Shown here piece by piece: positions 63,408-64,000 of a stretch of 64,000 nucleotides of DNA. This stretch comes from Octopus sinensis. Its lineage: Eukaryota. The stretch lies in NCBI RefSeq assembly GCF_006345805.1, contig NC_043017.1, forward strand, positions 9,052,001-9,116,000, read 5' to 3'. A program made the position numbers and the translations under genes. The notes under the pieces are model-generated. The model did no database searches and was not told the DNA's origin. It was given only the letters and a program-made list of their open reading frames with translations. Positions within the stretch are counted from its first letter, which is position 1; each line of letters opens with the position of its first letter.

Positions 63408-64000
63408 CTGGAGGAGAGAAAGAATATCCAGATGTCACGAGAACAATTTACACACACACACACGCAGACACACAGACATCTTCCTGGTCTTGGAAAGTCT
63501 GTAAAGGCAATGGATAAAGCCACCATCTCTAGGGACCAAAATACACAAACGCTGACAGACACATAAATACTCATTCACACACATATTAAAAAAAGCAAAA
63601 AAACAATCACTGTGCTATATATATATAAATTGTTTAAAGCAGACTCAGTGCAGAATAAGCCAGTGGTGGTGGTGGTGGTGGTATAATAGCATTTTTCATG
63701 TAATCCCAAGTTGCAGTTTATTGGCAAAATGTGGATGGTGGTGGTGGTTGTGTCAGGAGGTCTGATTAGGTTAAAGTGGAACCTGTTAACAGTTAAACAA
63801 GGCCGAGAACTTAGGGGTTAAACAACAACCCCAGAAGGGCAAGGGCACCTTTGATAATGTAGTCCAAGATACATAATGCCTGAGGTCTGTTGGATTAAGA
63901 GCTAAACAGCAACAACAACTTTCACTCACAGACCTAAATAAGTAATGTATTTACAGGTGGGTGAGAAGTTGGGTTTGCGTGTGTGTGGGTGTATGGGTTT

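Overview
Eukaryotic, AT-rich, microsatellite- and SINE-dense genomic DNA. The repeat families and composition point to a coleoid cephalopod, probably Octopus (inference from repeat content). Two convergent spliced genes can be assembled by hand. IMP3 (U3 snoRNP protein) lies on +, with its last five coding exons at 26654-34423; its 5' exons were not found in the window and one intron is a textbook U12-type minor intron. A GRASP55/65 (GORASP) gene lies on -, with ten coding exons at 63407-36024 encoding 455 aa; exon 1 is beyond the window end. Almost every long ORF in the supplied track is a microsatellite or SINE artefact. The most unusual signal is a set of minimal hammerhead-ribozyme motifs. 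Four sequence-unrelated fold-back elements in GRASP introns each carry an outward-facing hammerhead in both arms, and the one at 45970-46410 has intact cores. There are also several solo Penelope-type hammerhead fragments and a CpG-rich structured element with a permuted hammerhead-like core. Other oddities are a 52-bp satellite creating a ~1.9-kb AG-free zone before a splice acceptor, a mosaic of locally copied sequence, and head-on poly(A) signals. All coordinates and pairings were read by eye; nothing was searched against databases.
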